A stretch of DNA of 64,000 nt from Octopus vulgaris (lineage: Eukaryota): the NCBI GenBank assembly GCA_951406725.2, contig OX597824.1:30752001-30816000 (forward strand), read 5' to 3'. Of this stretch, positions 43,772-58,112 are shown one piece after another. The position numbers were made by a program, and so were the translations under genes. The notes under the pieces were generated by a model, which saw only the letters and a program-made list of their open reading frames with translations, made no database searches and was not told where the DNA came from. Each line of letters opens with the position of its first letter. The first letter of the stretch is position 1.

Positions 43772-44740
43772 TCTTTCATTACTACCCACAAGGGGCTAAA
43801 CATAGAGGGGATAAACAAGGACGGACAAAGGGATTAGTCGATTACATCGATCCCAGTGCCAAACTGGTACTATATTTATCGACCCCGAAAAGAGGAAAGG
43901 CAAAGTCAACCTCGGTGGAATTTGAACTCAGAACGTAACGGCAGACGAAATACCTATTTCTTTACTACCCACGAGGGGCTAAACACAGAGAGGACAAACA
44001 ACGACAGACAAACGGATTAAGTCGATTATATCGACCCCACTGCGTAACTGGTACTTAATATATCGACCTCGAAAGGATGAAAGGCAAAGTCGACCTCGGC
44101 GGAATTTGAACTCAGAACGTAACGGCAGACGAAATACCTATTTCTTTACTACCCACGAGGGGCTAAACACAGAGAGGACAAACAACGACAGACAAACGGA
44201 TTAAGTCGATTATATCGACCCCACTGCGTAACTGGTACTTAATATATCGACCTCGAAAGGATGAAAGGCAAAGTCGACCTCGGCGGAATTTGAACTCAGA
44301 ACGTAACGGCAGACGAAATACCTATTTCTTTACTACCCACGAGGGGCTAAACACAGAGAGGACAAACAACGACAGACAAACGGATTAAGTCGATTATATC
44401 GACCCCACTGCGTAACTGGTACTTAATATATCGACCTCGAAAGGATGAAAGGCAAAGTCGACCTCGGCGGAATTTGAACTCAGAACGTAACGGCAGACGA
44501 AATACCTATTTCTTTACTACCCACGAGGGGCTAAACACAGAGAGGACAAACAACGACAGACAAACGGATTAAGTCGATTATATCGACCCCACTGCGTAAC
44601 TGGTACTTAATATATCGACCTCGAAAGGATGAAAGGCAAAGTCGACCTCGGCGGAATTTGAACTCAGAACGTAACGGCAGACGAAAAACCGCTTAGCATT
44701 TCGCCCGGCGTGCTAACGTTTCTGCCAGCTCGCCGCCTTA
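43772..44740 (-). repeat. Tandem array of SINE bodies (184-bp period) with a single tRNA-like head
   Basis: Unit starts at 43955, 44139, 44323 and 44507; a diverged unit at 43772-43954; head at 44691-44740. Confidence 0.93.
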
Positions 44741-45091
44741 GTGCGTGCGTGTATATGCATACATGCAATTAGCTACACACCAAATGAAATACTGATCGGC
44801 ACAAACAAGTACAAAACTGAATAGTTGAGTTAAATAAACAAAAATATGAAGTAAATAAATGCCTACCTGAAATAGCGAAATCTGCATACTTAAAAGCCCT
44901 ATTATAATACATGGGTGTAAATTTATAAATTAATATATCTAAGAATTTAGGAATCTATGCGAAATATATGGGTACGAGCCAACTATTTGTGACAAGTCAA
45001 TCAGTTGGAGGGCGGAAACTATGTATGTATGTATGTATGTATGTATGTATGTATGTATGTATGTATGTATGTATGTATGTATGTATGTATG

Positions 45092-45642
45092 TCAGGTCAC
45101 TTTCGAGTGCTTTTGGTAACATATAACCCAGTACAACCTGTTGCATGGTCAGGTCGTCGACGACTAAACCAGCAACCCCACCAAGCTTGCTTGGTGAGGA
45201 GGCTGTTTATCGGACACCCTGCGGGATGAAAAACAAAACCCGTCAAAAGGCGGAGGAACTCTTGAGAGTCAATGGCCATCCAATAAATGTCTTAGGGCTG
45301 TATCATGCGCGGGGACATAGAAATAATGGAACTGAATACCTGATCGCGCGGTTAAACCATTGGGAGTGAAGGACTCCTAGCCTTTGTTAGGGCATCCTTC
45401 TAGGAGAAGGTAACTCAGATAACTGGGATAACTCCGACATAAAACCTGCGGCTCAGTGGTTACCGATGATGTTGACTTGTTCTTCTTTTCGGATTATGGC
45501 TGCTGTTGCTTAGTGAGTGAGATTGACTCAGTGCACAGCCTTTCCTCACTTTAGAAAAATCTTCTTGCACAGGCATTGCACGATAACAACATTGATTAAG
45601 CTTCGTGCAATGGCCATAATCGATAACAAGGGGGCAGTCACC
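45092..45642. repeat. Interspersed repeat inserted in (TATG)n
   Basis: Partial inverted copy at 33525-33680; (TATG)n on both flanks. Confidence 0.6.
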
Positions 45643-46192
45643 ATGTATGTATGTATGTATGTATGTATGTATGTATGTATGTATGTATGCACGTATTGTT
45701 GTCCATCATCAGCTGGAACACTGGAACCATGTTGTTTCTGACGTGGCATTTGGTTAACATCTGGAACTCTGAACACGAGTTTCTTCATTTCCGTCTTAAA
45801 CATGCATATACATATCTACAAATACATACGCACGCGCACATACAGACACATAACGTGAAATCAATCCGGAAGAGTGAAAATTCGTGTTCAATGTATACCG
45901 GATGTTCCCTATATTTACCTTAAGCCACGTCAGCATCAGTGTGCTACCAGTGTCATTCAACTGTCTATGACTGAAGGAAGATGGAAATCAGCCCATATTC
46001 TTTTATATTTTGGTTCATTCTTCCATATGTGTACAGCTTAGGCAATGATTCCCACGCAACCAAGACTGCATATATCGAACAAAAACTTCTCTATACTGAA
46101 ACTTATTTGATAACTTCGGATGTAAATAGTTTTTAATTTTATAATTTTATTCCCTATAATTTTTTTAGTTATTTCCAACTTTGATTGGGAAC

Positions 46193-46262
<70 letters not shown>

Positions 46263-46565
46263 CAAATAAGAAAATTGAGAACCAATTTAGTTGGTTCATC
46301 AGCTTTCGGATATTAGAATGTTGACTTATTTATTTATTTAACAACTCCATTTTCTTATTTGATTTATAAATTAATGGTAAAATATTTCTCTACCTCCACC
46401 CATTTAATACAATAAGTAAGTTAATTGCATTGCAATTAAAAACACTTGTGTATTAATAATTTGGGTATTATACCAACAGTATATTGGATAAATATTATCC
46501 CTTAGTGGTTTGGTTCCATAATCCCTAACTTACTTGGTGTGTATGTATATATATATATACCTACA

Positions 46566-46641
<76 letters not shown>

Positions 46642-46745
46642 TGTATTATAGAAACCAAAATATATGAAGTCATTTATCTCGTGATATTCCTTTGATATTC
46701 TTCCGATTACCGGTGGGTGTCTATGTGAATATATGTATAAATGTA

Positions 46746-46811
<66 letters not shown>

Positions 46812-47206
46812 TGCAAATATAAAAAAAAAACATGTATATGCATATCCGTTTCTTTCTACCTGTGAGTAAATATCTATATTTAAATATTTGTAAACGTTAT
46901 GGCATTTGCTTGCAACGGTACCTGAATGTGAATATGTACGTGTCTGCTTCTATATGCGAAAACATTTGCCTCTCTATATACGTAAATGCAAGTCCCAGAC
47001 ATTTTATACGCGGGGATAATTTCTATGAATGTATATACGTTGTATCGAGTATTTGTGATATATATCATAGATTCAACGCCTTATATGTGAACGGAAACAT
47101 ATCTCTGTCATTATATTTGCTCGGATATGACAATATGTTTGCATTATCAGTGTATTTGCAGTTGTACACTTGATTTATTATGCTTGTATGCATATGTAAA
47201 ATACAC

Positions 47207-47247
<41 letters not shown>

Positions 47248-48499
47248 GATATAAAAAAGTAAACTACGCGTTTAAATGTTGTGAGTAAGTGCAGTGAAAA
47301 CTTTAGTGAGTAAACTCTTGTACAAAGTTTAGAGAATATTTCCGTCATTTACACGTTGCAACTTCTGCAGATTATGCAAGTAGTGTCAGTCAACAGTTTG
47401 GGAAAGAGCAACTATGCAATTCAGGTCATACGCTTTTGTATTTTCGCAAATTTTCTGATTATATACAACCTGTGGCGTCAGCTATCAACGATCATGAATT
47501 GGTTTCTTCAAAATAACGTTCGCTTTAAAGAACATGTTACTGTCAATGACCTACAGCGGCTACAGCTCCGTATGTAAAACGCTTTTAGTTTCCGTCATCT
47601 TATTTCTTATTTGATCATAGAGATAATCCTATCTTTAATTGAAAAACACTTTTAAAAGTTTTTTTTTATCTTATGATATTTCTTTGATATTATCACTTCC
47701 GAGAAGATGCAATTAATAATCGTTTTTAGATGCTGAACAGTTATTGTCTAAATATCATCAATCAGAACTGAGAAAATTTCTACAGTTTTCTTTATTCAGC
47801 ACTGTTTCAGAAATACCAGATATTTCAATTTCTACCTGAAACTTTCAAACCATGGGAGAAATTTATTGAACATCACACTTTACACTTATGCTCCGCTGCA
47901 ATATCGGAGACGTTACGACTCTTTAGAAAATTACTATCAACAGGTCTCTAGTTTGTTCATAATATATTGTATTTATTGAAATAAAGTCTTGAGGAAAATA
48001 GAAAAGAGACAGTAAAAATGTTCTCCACTATCAAATCTCGTCCTTTAGTTATTCAAATTTTATAATCTTCCCTCAGGCATTCTTCAACAATTTTTATATA
48101 AAAAGGAACAATTCGAAACACAACGAGAAATAACTAATTACACTATTTCATGTGCAAAGAGGTCGGGAAAATAACAGCAACTGCCCAATGGTCAATAGTA
48201 ATGGTCATTACTATTGACCATTGTGCTCACTGTGCAAACTTATTTTATTCCAGATTGAAGAGGCAACTGCGGCAACACTTTGAATATACCATACTTAGTA
48301 CTGGTTATTACAACTGACCAGTTTGCTGTATGCAGTCGGTATGTTAAGACAATTTAGAAGCTCGCTGTGCAATAAACTTTTGTGTTAAACTAGGAGAAAC
48401 CTGAACAGAAAATTCATGAAATGTTCCATTATAATTTATGAAATGTTATATTCATATATAATATATAAACATTAATTATTTTACGACTTAGATAACGTG

Positions 48500-49100
48500 A
48501 GATGAAAAACTTTCTATTAGAGCCATTTTATGCTACCTGTGGACAAAAGACTGAGTGTAATGGCAGCGTTAAAAGAAATTATGATGAGGAAAGCCCAAGA
48601 ACTGTCAAAGAACGTGTTCCACAAAAATGGTTCACACACTTCAAGGAAGATGACATCAGCCTCGATGATAAGTTAACGCCAGGAGTACCATTCGTTGTTG
48701 AACAGCATCTACGCAAAAGCACTCGTACATTGTCGACAGAACTTGTTCCTTCACAAAACGCCATCTACCTACAACTCCATTAAGTCGGCCTTGTGGTAAG
48801 ACATTGTCGAGATGCTCCTTATGACCAGGTTGAACGACACGTGAACATTTGCAAACAACTGCCGCTAAGTCCCCGAAATGTCCGTTTTTGATGTCGAATT
48901 GTAACACCTTCAAATTATCACCTTTTCCGAGCCTTGACTCATTTCCTGCACTGGCAGATGTTCAACAACGCGAATGATGTCAAAAATGGGCGCAAGGTGT
49001 ATTTTGTTTCTAAACCAGCCAAATGTTATACGCTTGGATTTGAGCTTCTGGTACAATGGCAACTGCCAATGAAATATGATGGGTATACTTTGATGAATAA
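48500..49100 (+). mobile_element. Old mariner remnant
   Basis: QKWFTHFKEDDISLDDK resembles the mariner WF.RF..G..SLED N-terminal segment. Confidence 0.5.
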
Positions 49101-49287
49101 GCGATTTTTGTATGTCATTTGTTTGAACTATCAATTAAGGCTTGAAAAGGGAAAAAGAAAAACTAAAAAAAACTATTAATCAAGTAATTTAATTCATACT
49201 CATTTGCACTTTTTCGGATTAACCCGCTTGTATATAGTCTACTTATGATCAACTTGTAAACAGCTTCCCGTCTCGTTACCTCTACAG

Positions 49288-49359
49288 GCTTTCAAGAACT
49301 CACCTGCAGATTATGGCTTATTAAAAAAGCTTTCCCAGCAAAAGTCAAAAATTCCGGAA
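49288..49359 (+). CDS. Probable phase-0 exon of an unknown gene
   Basis: cctctacag| 72 nt |gtaagt; AFKNSPADYGLLKKLSQQKSKIPE; the downstream intron resembles those after 55010 and 62323. Confidence 0.55.
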
Positions 49360-50036
49360 GTAAGTTGGTTTTGAATTTATCGTCTTTAATTTCGAATCCC
49401 TTTGATTTTTGGAAAAATGTATCACAATTTTCGATGATTATAAATTATATAGAACTAAATATCGTATCTCGTGTGATATTTCGTTGATATTCTCGCTCCC
49501 ATTAAGATGTTATTACTAACCACTTCATATGATTGATATGTTATTGCAAAATAAATATCGTCTGTTAGAGCTATGAAAACGTATAACACATTCAAGATAC
49601 TGGCTTCTTTACTCCGATCTGTTTGTTTTTATTGTTTTAACATGAATTACGAATAGTTACTTATTTTCTCTTTTACCCTCACGTGATGCAATAATAAAAT
49701 AGATATTGTTCGCTAATTTACAAGATTTGTCATATTTATCATCATGTCTCCATAATTTGCCTACAAACTGTTGCTATACAAATATACACACTGCTGACAT
49801 TTACATTGAACATTGTAAAGGTATGTACAAATATCGTCAACGTCTGTATTTGAGTAAATGACTGACTTCGCTTATGCATCTATACTTTATTAATTAATTA
49901 GACTTTCGTCACTCCATTATGTATGGTGGCATTAGATTGACTGTAAAGTTTTATTATTTTAATCTGTCGGCTCTTACACTCAATCACAATCGTAAATCAG
50001 TAAGTTAAGAACTTTCACTCCTTTTACTTTTTGCAG

Positions 50037-50087
50037 GCGTTGCAGATAGGACGTTCTTTGCTGTTATATTCTCTTCTCCAAAACCTG
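50037..50087 (+). CDS. Probable exon of the same unknown gene
   Basis: cttttactttttgcag| 51 nt |gtaagt; open in phase 0 (ALQIGRSLLLYSLLQNL) and also in phase 1. Confidence 0.45.
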
Positions 50088-50140
50088 GTAAGTTCTGTAC
50101 AGTTTATTTTGTTATTTACTACATGTAGTGAAGAGGTGCA

Positions 50141-50978
50141 GATCTAGGCAGGTTTTTATAACACGTATTGTGTCTCCAAGTAATGTTCAGGCTCTGAGCA
50201 TAAGGTCTGTTCGATCAATTTGCAAATGAGGACGCTAGTACAATTGAAATAGTAAATGTATTTGGGATTTGAAAGACAGGAACATTAATTATGATATAAA
50301 GTGGTCCATTATTAGTTACGCTCCATCGTACAATACTGGAAAAATTAAATGTGATCTTGGCTTAAAGGAAATGTATTATATAATTACTTCAAACTTAGAA
50401 TCAATGAATTGTTGAAACAATTTACATTAAAGTACTCTCTAAATAAAGAAAAAAAACATTTAAATATTACAATAGTAAATAACTCCTTAATTATAATTGA
50501 TTGTTCTATAATCTAGTAAGCATAGTTAAAATAAAAATTTTATATTTAGAATAAACAATTTAGTAACTGGATAAATAAATGTCGTGATGTATAATTTCTA
50601 TGTTCATTTTTTTTATTCTTTCGTTATCTACTGACATTATCATAAGCTTAAACACTAAACTAGCTTTCTTTAAAATATATTTCTTATTAAAGTTCTTTTT
50701 GTATGCATTCCTGTATTAGAGGTATTATCTCAGTTCACTTTGAATTTAGCCCGTTTTGGGATATCTTGATAGCAATGTGTTAGCATAAAATTTCGGATAT
50801 GTTTATTTGTACCTTTTCTTTTTTTCTACATCTAAACATGGTGACACAATACATCTCGTTTTTATCGTGATTTCAATTCAACTGGCATCCTCATTTGCAA
50901 ATTGACTGAATAGACCTTATGCTCAGAGCCTGAACATTGTTGGAGACACATGGTGTGTTATAAGAACCTGCCTAGATC
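50141..50978. mobile_element. MITE/fold-back element with ~98-bp imperfect TIRs
   Basis: 50141-50239 (GATCTAGGCAGG...GCTCTGAGCATAAGGTCT...) is the reverse complement of 50881-50978. Confidence 0.7.
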
Positions 50979-51100
50979 CGAGTCTCTAAAGAAAGGAACT
51001 ATTAATAGCTCGTATCTTAATACTGTGTACATTAAATGATATTTATTGCTATCTGGATGGAGTAATTCCTTTGATGATCTTACCTTAATGGAACAGTAAG

Positions 51101-51158
<58 letters not shown>

Positions 51159-52354
51159 ACATACATACATACATACATACATTAAGTGTTAATACAATTT
51201 TATATTTAAGTGTGCATACATATACATTAAGTGTGTGTCCGTCCGTCCGTCCGTGTGAGTGTGTGTCTGTGTGCGTGTGTATCCGTGTGTATGTTTGCAT
51301 TTTAACTTCGAACTCAAGATTTTCAGGAAATGGGAGTATTATCTTGCTGCTTTTTACGGGTAAAAAGTTAATGTGGTTTAATTCTCTATGTCTCTAACAA
51401 GTGAAATCAGTGCTGAGCACAAACACTCCATCTATTCTGCTGATCATAACGTCTCACATATAATGACACCTGGAACACTTAAAACTAAATCATGAAAGCG
51501 GTAACCTCCATTAAAATAAATGCAACTGTCATGTTAGCATTTTATATTCCCTACTCGGAAAATGTCTCAGTAAAGAAATAGTTATGCTACAGCTTAGCTC
51601 AGCTGTAGTGTGCGAGTATGCCCTGTTGCAATGCATCGCTGCATCTACCACTTACCAGTGATTACCTACACTTAGCAGATGACACCTTCGCAACACTCAG
51701 GCGGCAACACGCAAACCCGTGGATCTGTTTAGTCATGGATCTGCTTGTGAGGGTTTTATGAGGTTGAAGTGTAAATCCATACTGTGTTCGCTATCTTTTA
51801 CGACAAGCAGAGGCCCAGTGGTTAGGGCTGCGGACTCGTGGTTTCAATTCCCAGACCGGGCGTTGTGTATTTATTGTTCCACGAGGCTCCGGCAGTGGGT
51901 GGTGGCGACTCCTGTTGTACTCTTTCGCCCCAACTTTCTATCACTCTCTCTTCCTGTTTCTTGAGTAACGCTGCGATGGACTGGCGTCCCGTCCAGCTGG
52001 GGGAAACAAATAGGCCACAGAAACCGGGAAAGCGGGCCCATGAGCCTGGCTAGGCTTGAAAAGGGCGCACCCCCCCAAAAAAAGAGGAAGTGTACGGTCT
52101 ATTCTTCGGCGTGCCTACACACGGCTATACTTCATGCTAGATCTTCGCATTCATCAGGTAACTTATATTTTCCTATGTGAAAATGGTCTTCTTACCAACA
52201 TCTCTTTCTATATCCAACCACTGGTAAACTTGTAGCATAATCACTGTGTGCACTATATTATATATTTGTATGTGTAGAGATATAATTGCATTGCAAAATT
52301 TACATACGACTATGGATTTTGAATATTTGCTTATGAATGTATATTCATATATAT

Positions 52355-52461
<107 letters not shown>

Positions 52462-52876
52462 AGGTGCAATAGTGGTTAGGGCAGCGGACTCGCGGTCGTA
52501 GGATCGCAGTTTCGATTCCCAGACAGGGCGTTGTGAGTGTTTATTGAGCGAAAACACCTAAAGCTCCAGGAGGCTCCGGTAGGGGATGGTGGCGATCCCT
52601 GCTGTACTCTTTCGCCACAACTGTCTCTCATTTAAAGGCTAAAACAATGCGAAGCGCATTGTGATCAGCGATGTGTAGCAACATCTGATAGCCCGGTCGG
52701 TCACGGTGATCACGATGATATATATATATATATATATATATATAGCTTTTGAAGTGGTGTACAGAAATTGTATATTGAGAAAAAGGAGGCAGTCAGAATT
52801 TTGGATAATTCTTTATTAGCGCTTTCGTTCGGTAATCGAACTCATCAAGAGAAGATCAAAATGGCATTTTGATTTT

Positions 52877-53506
52877 GTTAGTTGGTGGTCAAGATAATGT
52901 GAGGGGAGGATGGGAAAGGGGTGGGAGAGGGATAAGAAGAGATGAGAAGGTAAGGAGTGAATAAGTGTGAGATAGGGGCGATGTGATAGAGCTACATTAA
53001 GGGATGGATAGAGAAAAGGTATGAGTGGGGTTTTAGTAATAAATACACGTATATGCGTGCGCATACATATACACGTACATTTACACAATAGATTCAGGAC
53101 TTCCATACCACGATCAATGCTTAGCTTGTAAATTATGCCTAAAAGAGGCATTCCACATATCAAAACACAAATCCTTGATACTACTAAATAAATATAATAA
53201 GGTCCTAAGTACATGCAGCCACCGCTTTTTTTATGCCTTCAAATTTTATACCAAATCTAAATGCAGCCTAAATAACCACTCAGCATATATCCATAACACT
53301 CCTTAAGTAATTCCCCAAAACCCTACTTAATTTTCCTTTATCTCCAACTTAATTTTTAATCTTTAATTTTTAACTCCCCCTATCTTAATTTAAGGATCTC
53401 AGTCATTTAATACAACATATATGGACATGCAAGTGGATACATGTGTGTGTGTAAATGTGTGTGCATGTATATTTGTGTATATATGTATATGTATGTGGTT
53501 ATATGT

Positions 53507-53549
<43 letters not shown>

Positions 53550-54620
53550 TAGTATGTGCGTGTACGTATCTATACTTGCATATGTATATAAAAATATATA
53601 TGAGTGAGTGTGTGTATGTGTATATATGTATACGTACGTACCTGTATGAGCGCATGCGTGTAACTGTGACTAATCGCATGTGCGCCTGCGCGTATGTATG
53701 TGCGTTTTCATGAATGTGTATACATGTATGCGCACGCATATGCGCGTATAAATACATTTACGGATATATATATGTGTGCGCGCGTACGTATGTCATTATA
53801 CCTTCTTTCTCCTCTCTGATTCCTAACTATTACACTAACCTATACAATCACATACGTCCACTTATAGAAATTTGACATCCTTGTATTCTTCCCTTCACTA
53901 GATTTTATTACTAAAACCCACCCATCCCTTTTCTCTACCCATCCCTTAATGAAGCTCTATCACATCACTCCCACTCATATATCTCACACTTATTCACTCC
54001 TTACCTTCTCATCTATTCCTCCCCTTCCCCACCCCTTTCCCATCCTTCCTCATATTTTCTTGACCACCAACTAACACACCTTTTCTCACTTCTTTCACTC
54101 TTTCACTCTTTCATTATTTTCACTTTTTCTCTCTTTTGTTTTTCTCTTTTTCTCTTTTTTCTCTTTCTTCCTTTCATTTTCTTTTCCTATTTTCAATTTG
54201 ACCTATCTCGTCATTCTAGTAATACACATCCCCCCACCACCATCTATCCACAAATACTATCAATACATTCTCAAATTTTCATTCACAAAACAAGACCCTT
54301 TCGAATGAACAACACAGAATCCACAGCTCCATATTTTGAAATGGTTAAACATGAAATACCATTTGAACTTACATATCATGTAAAGGAAACTTTTTTACCT
54401 CTTCTATACACCACTTTCCTCGAATAATGGAACTGTAACTACAATATCTTTATTTATTTTATATTTTATTTCTACTTTCATTCTCTTTTTTCCCTCTATA
54501 TTCCCTATCTCCTCTTTTCCCTAATAATTCCTTATTTCGAACTCAAATATTTACCTCTATTTAACCATCTCACATTGTCTCCGATGAAGGGATATCCATA
54601 ATAACCCAGAAACAGCTGCA

Positions 54621-54624
<4 letters not shown>
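52877..54624 (+). mobile_element. Decayed Penelope-like terminal region with ~170-bp inverted repeat
   Basis: 52877-53044 inverted at 53902-54076; hammerhead-like CCGATGA...GAAACAGCTG at 54581-54620. Confidence 0.5.
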
Positions 54625-54661
<37 letters not shown>

Positions 54662-54947
54662 TACGTACACACATACATACATACATACATACATACATAC
54701 ATACATGCATGCATACATACATACATACACACACACACATATATATATTCATATATACATGCATACATATATGCACATATACATAAATATGTATATATAC
54801 CTACACACACACACATATATATATACATACATAGATATACATGTGTGTGTGTGTGTGTGTATAAATATACTTACCTCTGATATTCATATTCATTATTTGA
54901 ATGGTAATTAAATATCGTTAAGCATATGCCAATACATTTCTCAACAG

Positions 54948-55010
54948 GATCCAAAGAATATGGAGAATGTTAAGATGCTAACAGTACATACTAAATCTGA
55001 TCATTTGAAT
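54948..55010 (+). CDS. Probable 63-nt phase-0 repeat exon
   Basis: tttctcaacag| DPKNMENVKMLTVHTKSDHLN |gtaagt; only phase 0 is open; paralogous to 62261-62323. Confidence 0.6.
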
Positions 55011-55281
55011 GTAAGTTGATTTTAATTTCACTCCTTTAATTTCGTATATCATTTTTAATGGATCATAAATTTAGTGAATATAAATTATACAGAAATATAT
55101 ACGTTATTTGAAACTCCTTTGATATTCTCTCACATATTAAGAAGCTGCTGGTAACAGTTTCATGCTATGAAAATGACAATGTAGAACAAATATAGTCGAG
55201 TAAAGCTAAGAAAATTCTTCCAAGTAACTGGCTCCTTCGCTCACATCTGTTTGGTTTGTTGTTTCAATGTATATGGGGGGG

Positions 55282-55559
<278 letters not shown>

Positions 55560-56495
55560 CCCCCACACATATATATATCAGTTGAATAAAGTTAGAGCAT
55601 GGTCTGGTTTTCATGTGCTCTGTTATGATACTTTAACATTAAAAAAGTATCTTGTAATGCTCATAAAGTTAAATTACCGCTTTCATACGTAGAGTAATCA
55701 TCAGATTGTTTAACTGATAATTGAGTTCTTCACAACTTCAGTACCTCTTAGAACGCTTCAACAACCAGAATTTTAAGAATATGGTGTTGATCAATCGACA
55801 TGTAAGTTAAGGAAAACATAGACAGATTTTTGAAAGTGCAGATATGAATTGCAAAAGCAGAAAATTTATCTACCGCATTAATTGCTCGAATTTCAAATAA
55901 ATATATATAGAAAGGGTGGGGGCAGAGAATGCATTATCGGAACGCTCATGAGTCTGCAGACAACAAATCCAGAGCGCCAATGTTCACCAAATTCGATTCA
56001 GAGAATATATACAGACATATGGTTAGAAAATATTTCTAATTCTTGCAAACTATATGACTCAAGCGAGGTTGGAAGAAAGATAAAAGGAAAACGTTTTCTT
56101 AAAACGTCCAAACATGTTGTGAGCGGCAATAACAGCAATAATATAACAACCAGTTAATGATGTGGATTAAAAATATCACTAGCATATGAATATAAACAAA
56201 TTACAGAAAATCGGTACGCCTGACAAACTGTGATGTTTAAGCTGCATTTGGATTGGTCGAAACCATCTTCTAAACATTCAGGTTGTTGGAGGTACTAAAA
56301 TTGTCAAGAGGTTAACAGTCAGTTAAACACATTTGAAATCTCATGATTACTTCTATGTATGAAAGCATTAATCTAACTCAATGAGCATTAAAAAATATAT
56401 TTTTAAGAATAAAATACCACAATAAAAAACGCGAAAGTCTTTTAACTATATTCAACTGATATATTATTGTATACACATTCGCACAATTTTTAAAA

Positions 56496-56547
<52 letters not shown>

Positions 56548-56558
56548 TTTATAGAAGG

Positions 56559-56609
56559 AGCTTCTACAGGACTAGAACTGTTTCATTCAAAAGAAATCAT
56601 CAGGAAGCT
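56559..56609 (-). ncRNA. Hammerhead ribozyme, third copy
   Basis: Identical to 60399-60449. Confidence 0.7.
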
Positions 56610-56831
56610 AGTAGACAAGAGTTGTTTTGGCATTTTATATAGGCAGGTTTAATTGGGTGACCACCCATTTAAACCTGCCTAAATGGTGACTCTTGTCTAC
56701 TACTTCCTGATGATTTGAAAGTTCCTGTGCTCCTTCTATAAAATAAATTAATTTACTCTGCTATGTATTGAGTACCTTCTTTACTGTGGTTAACCCCGAC
56801 TCAACCCGGGACCGACATATATATATATATC

Positions 56832-56895
<64 letters not shown>

Positions 56896-57216
56896 CTGGG
56901 TGACTATATGTGTATGCGTGTGTATTTATGTATAAAGACGAACAAAATCGTACATGAGCGTGTGCGTAGTTAAGAAGATTGCTTAACTTCCACGTGGTCT
57001 ATAGATGAAAAGAATGACGATATGGTATTGTGGAGAAATGTATTTGGCTAACTAAATCTTCACGCAAAAATCAATACATGGAGGTGCGAATTTATATATA
57101 CATGTATATATATATATAACGGGAAGCTTTATGAAAATAGACAAAAGACGAAGGCAGGTGGAAGACAAACGAACAATTGTATTAGTTTGGCGCTCAGGAA
57201 ATATAAATAAAACAAG

Positions 57217-57254
57217 TCTTTAACGTTTCGAGCCTACGCTCTTCAACAGAAAGA
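57217..57254 (-). ncRNA. Minimal hammerhead-like motif with variant core (CUGUUGA)
   Basis: TCTTT-CTGTTGA-A-GAGC GTAG GCTC-GAAA-CGT-T-AAAGA in the Penelope terminal repeat. Confidence 0.6.
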
Positions 57255-57501
57255 TACACAGAGAGATAAAAAACACAGAAAGAAGGAGAGAAAAAAATGC
57301 GTGCAGTAGCTAACGAATCAACATGGCGATCTGATTTCGGCCAGAGGTCAAAGATCAAACATGAGACGCGAGAGCGAAATAAGGGGAGATAATAGGGTTG
57401 ATAATAGGGTTGATAATAGGGTTGAAGGACCAGCTAATAGTGCGTAGGAGGGGTCTGGACGTGTGTATGTATAGGGTTGGTGTATGTATTAGTATGTATA
57501 A

Positions 57502-57532
<31 letters not shown>

Positions 57533-58112
57533 AGAGAGTATTAGTGCGTAGGATTGGTCTGGACGTGCGTATGTATGGGGTTGGTGTATGTATTAGTATG
57601 TATTAGTATGTATTAGTACGTATTAGTATGTATAAGTGTGTGTGTGTGTGTGTATGAGAGAGTATAAGTGCGTATGAGGGGTCTGGACGTGTGTATGTAT
57701 AGGATTGGTGTATGTATTAGTATGTATTAGTACGTATTAGTATGTATTAGTTGGTGTATGTATTAGTATGGCACATCATATATGATGTGATGTGTAAAGT
57801 CGTGTGGTGTAGTGAGAAGAGGGGAGGGGAGAGAGGGGGAGAGAGGGGGAAGAGGAGGAGGGGGAAGAGGAGAGGAAGGGGAGAAGGAAGGTGAGGAGGG
57901 GGGAGGAAGGAGGAAAGAGGGAGAGGGGGAGAGAGAAGGGGAGTGAGGGAGTGAGGGAGCAGAGTGAAGGGGAAGAGAGAAGGAGGGAGGGAGAAAGAGG
58001 GAAGAAGGGAAGGGGAGTAGGGGTGAAAGGATGAAGGACTGAAGAAGTAGGGGTCGGGGGGAAAGGATAGGTGAGGAGGGGGGGAGGGGGGGTTAGATGA
58101 GGAGGGGGGAGA

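Noticed and set aside
43955-44690. Regular array as a possible CRISPR
   Set aside because: Units are identical end to end, have no unique spacers and match a SINE.
51327-51359. 33-nt phase-0 exon candidate EMGVLSCCFLR
   Set aside because: Weak donor (GTAAAA) and no paralogy support.
57388-57425. (GATAATAGGGTT)3 as telomeric repeat
   Set aside because: 12-bp unit, not TTAGGG; part of the Penelope 3' tandem region.
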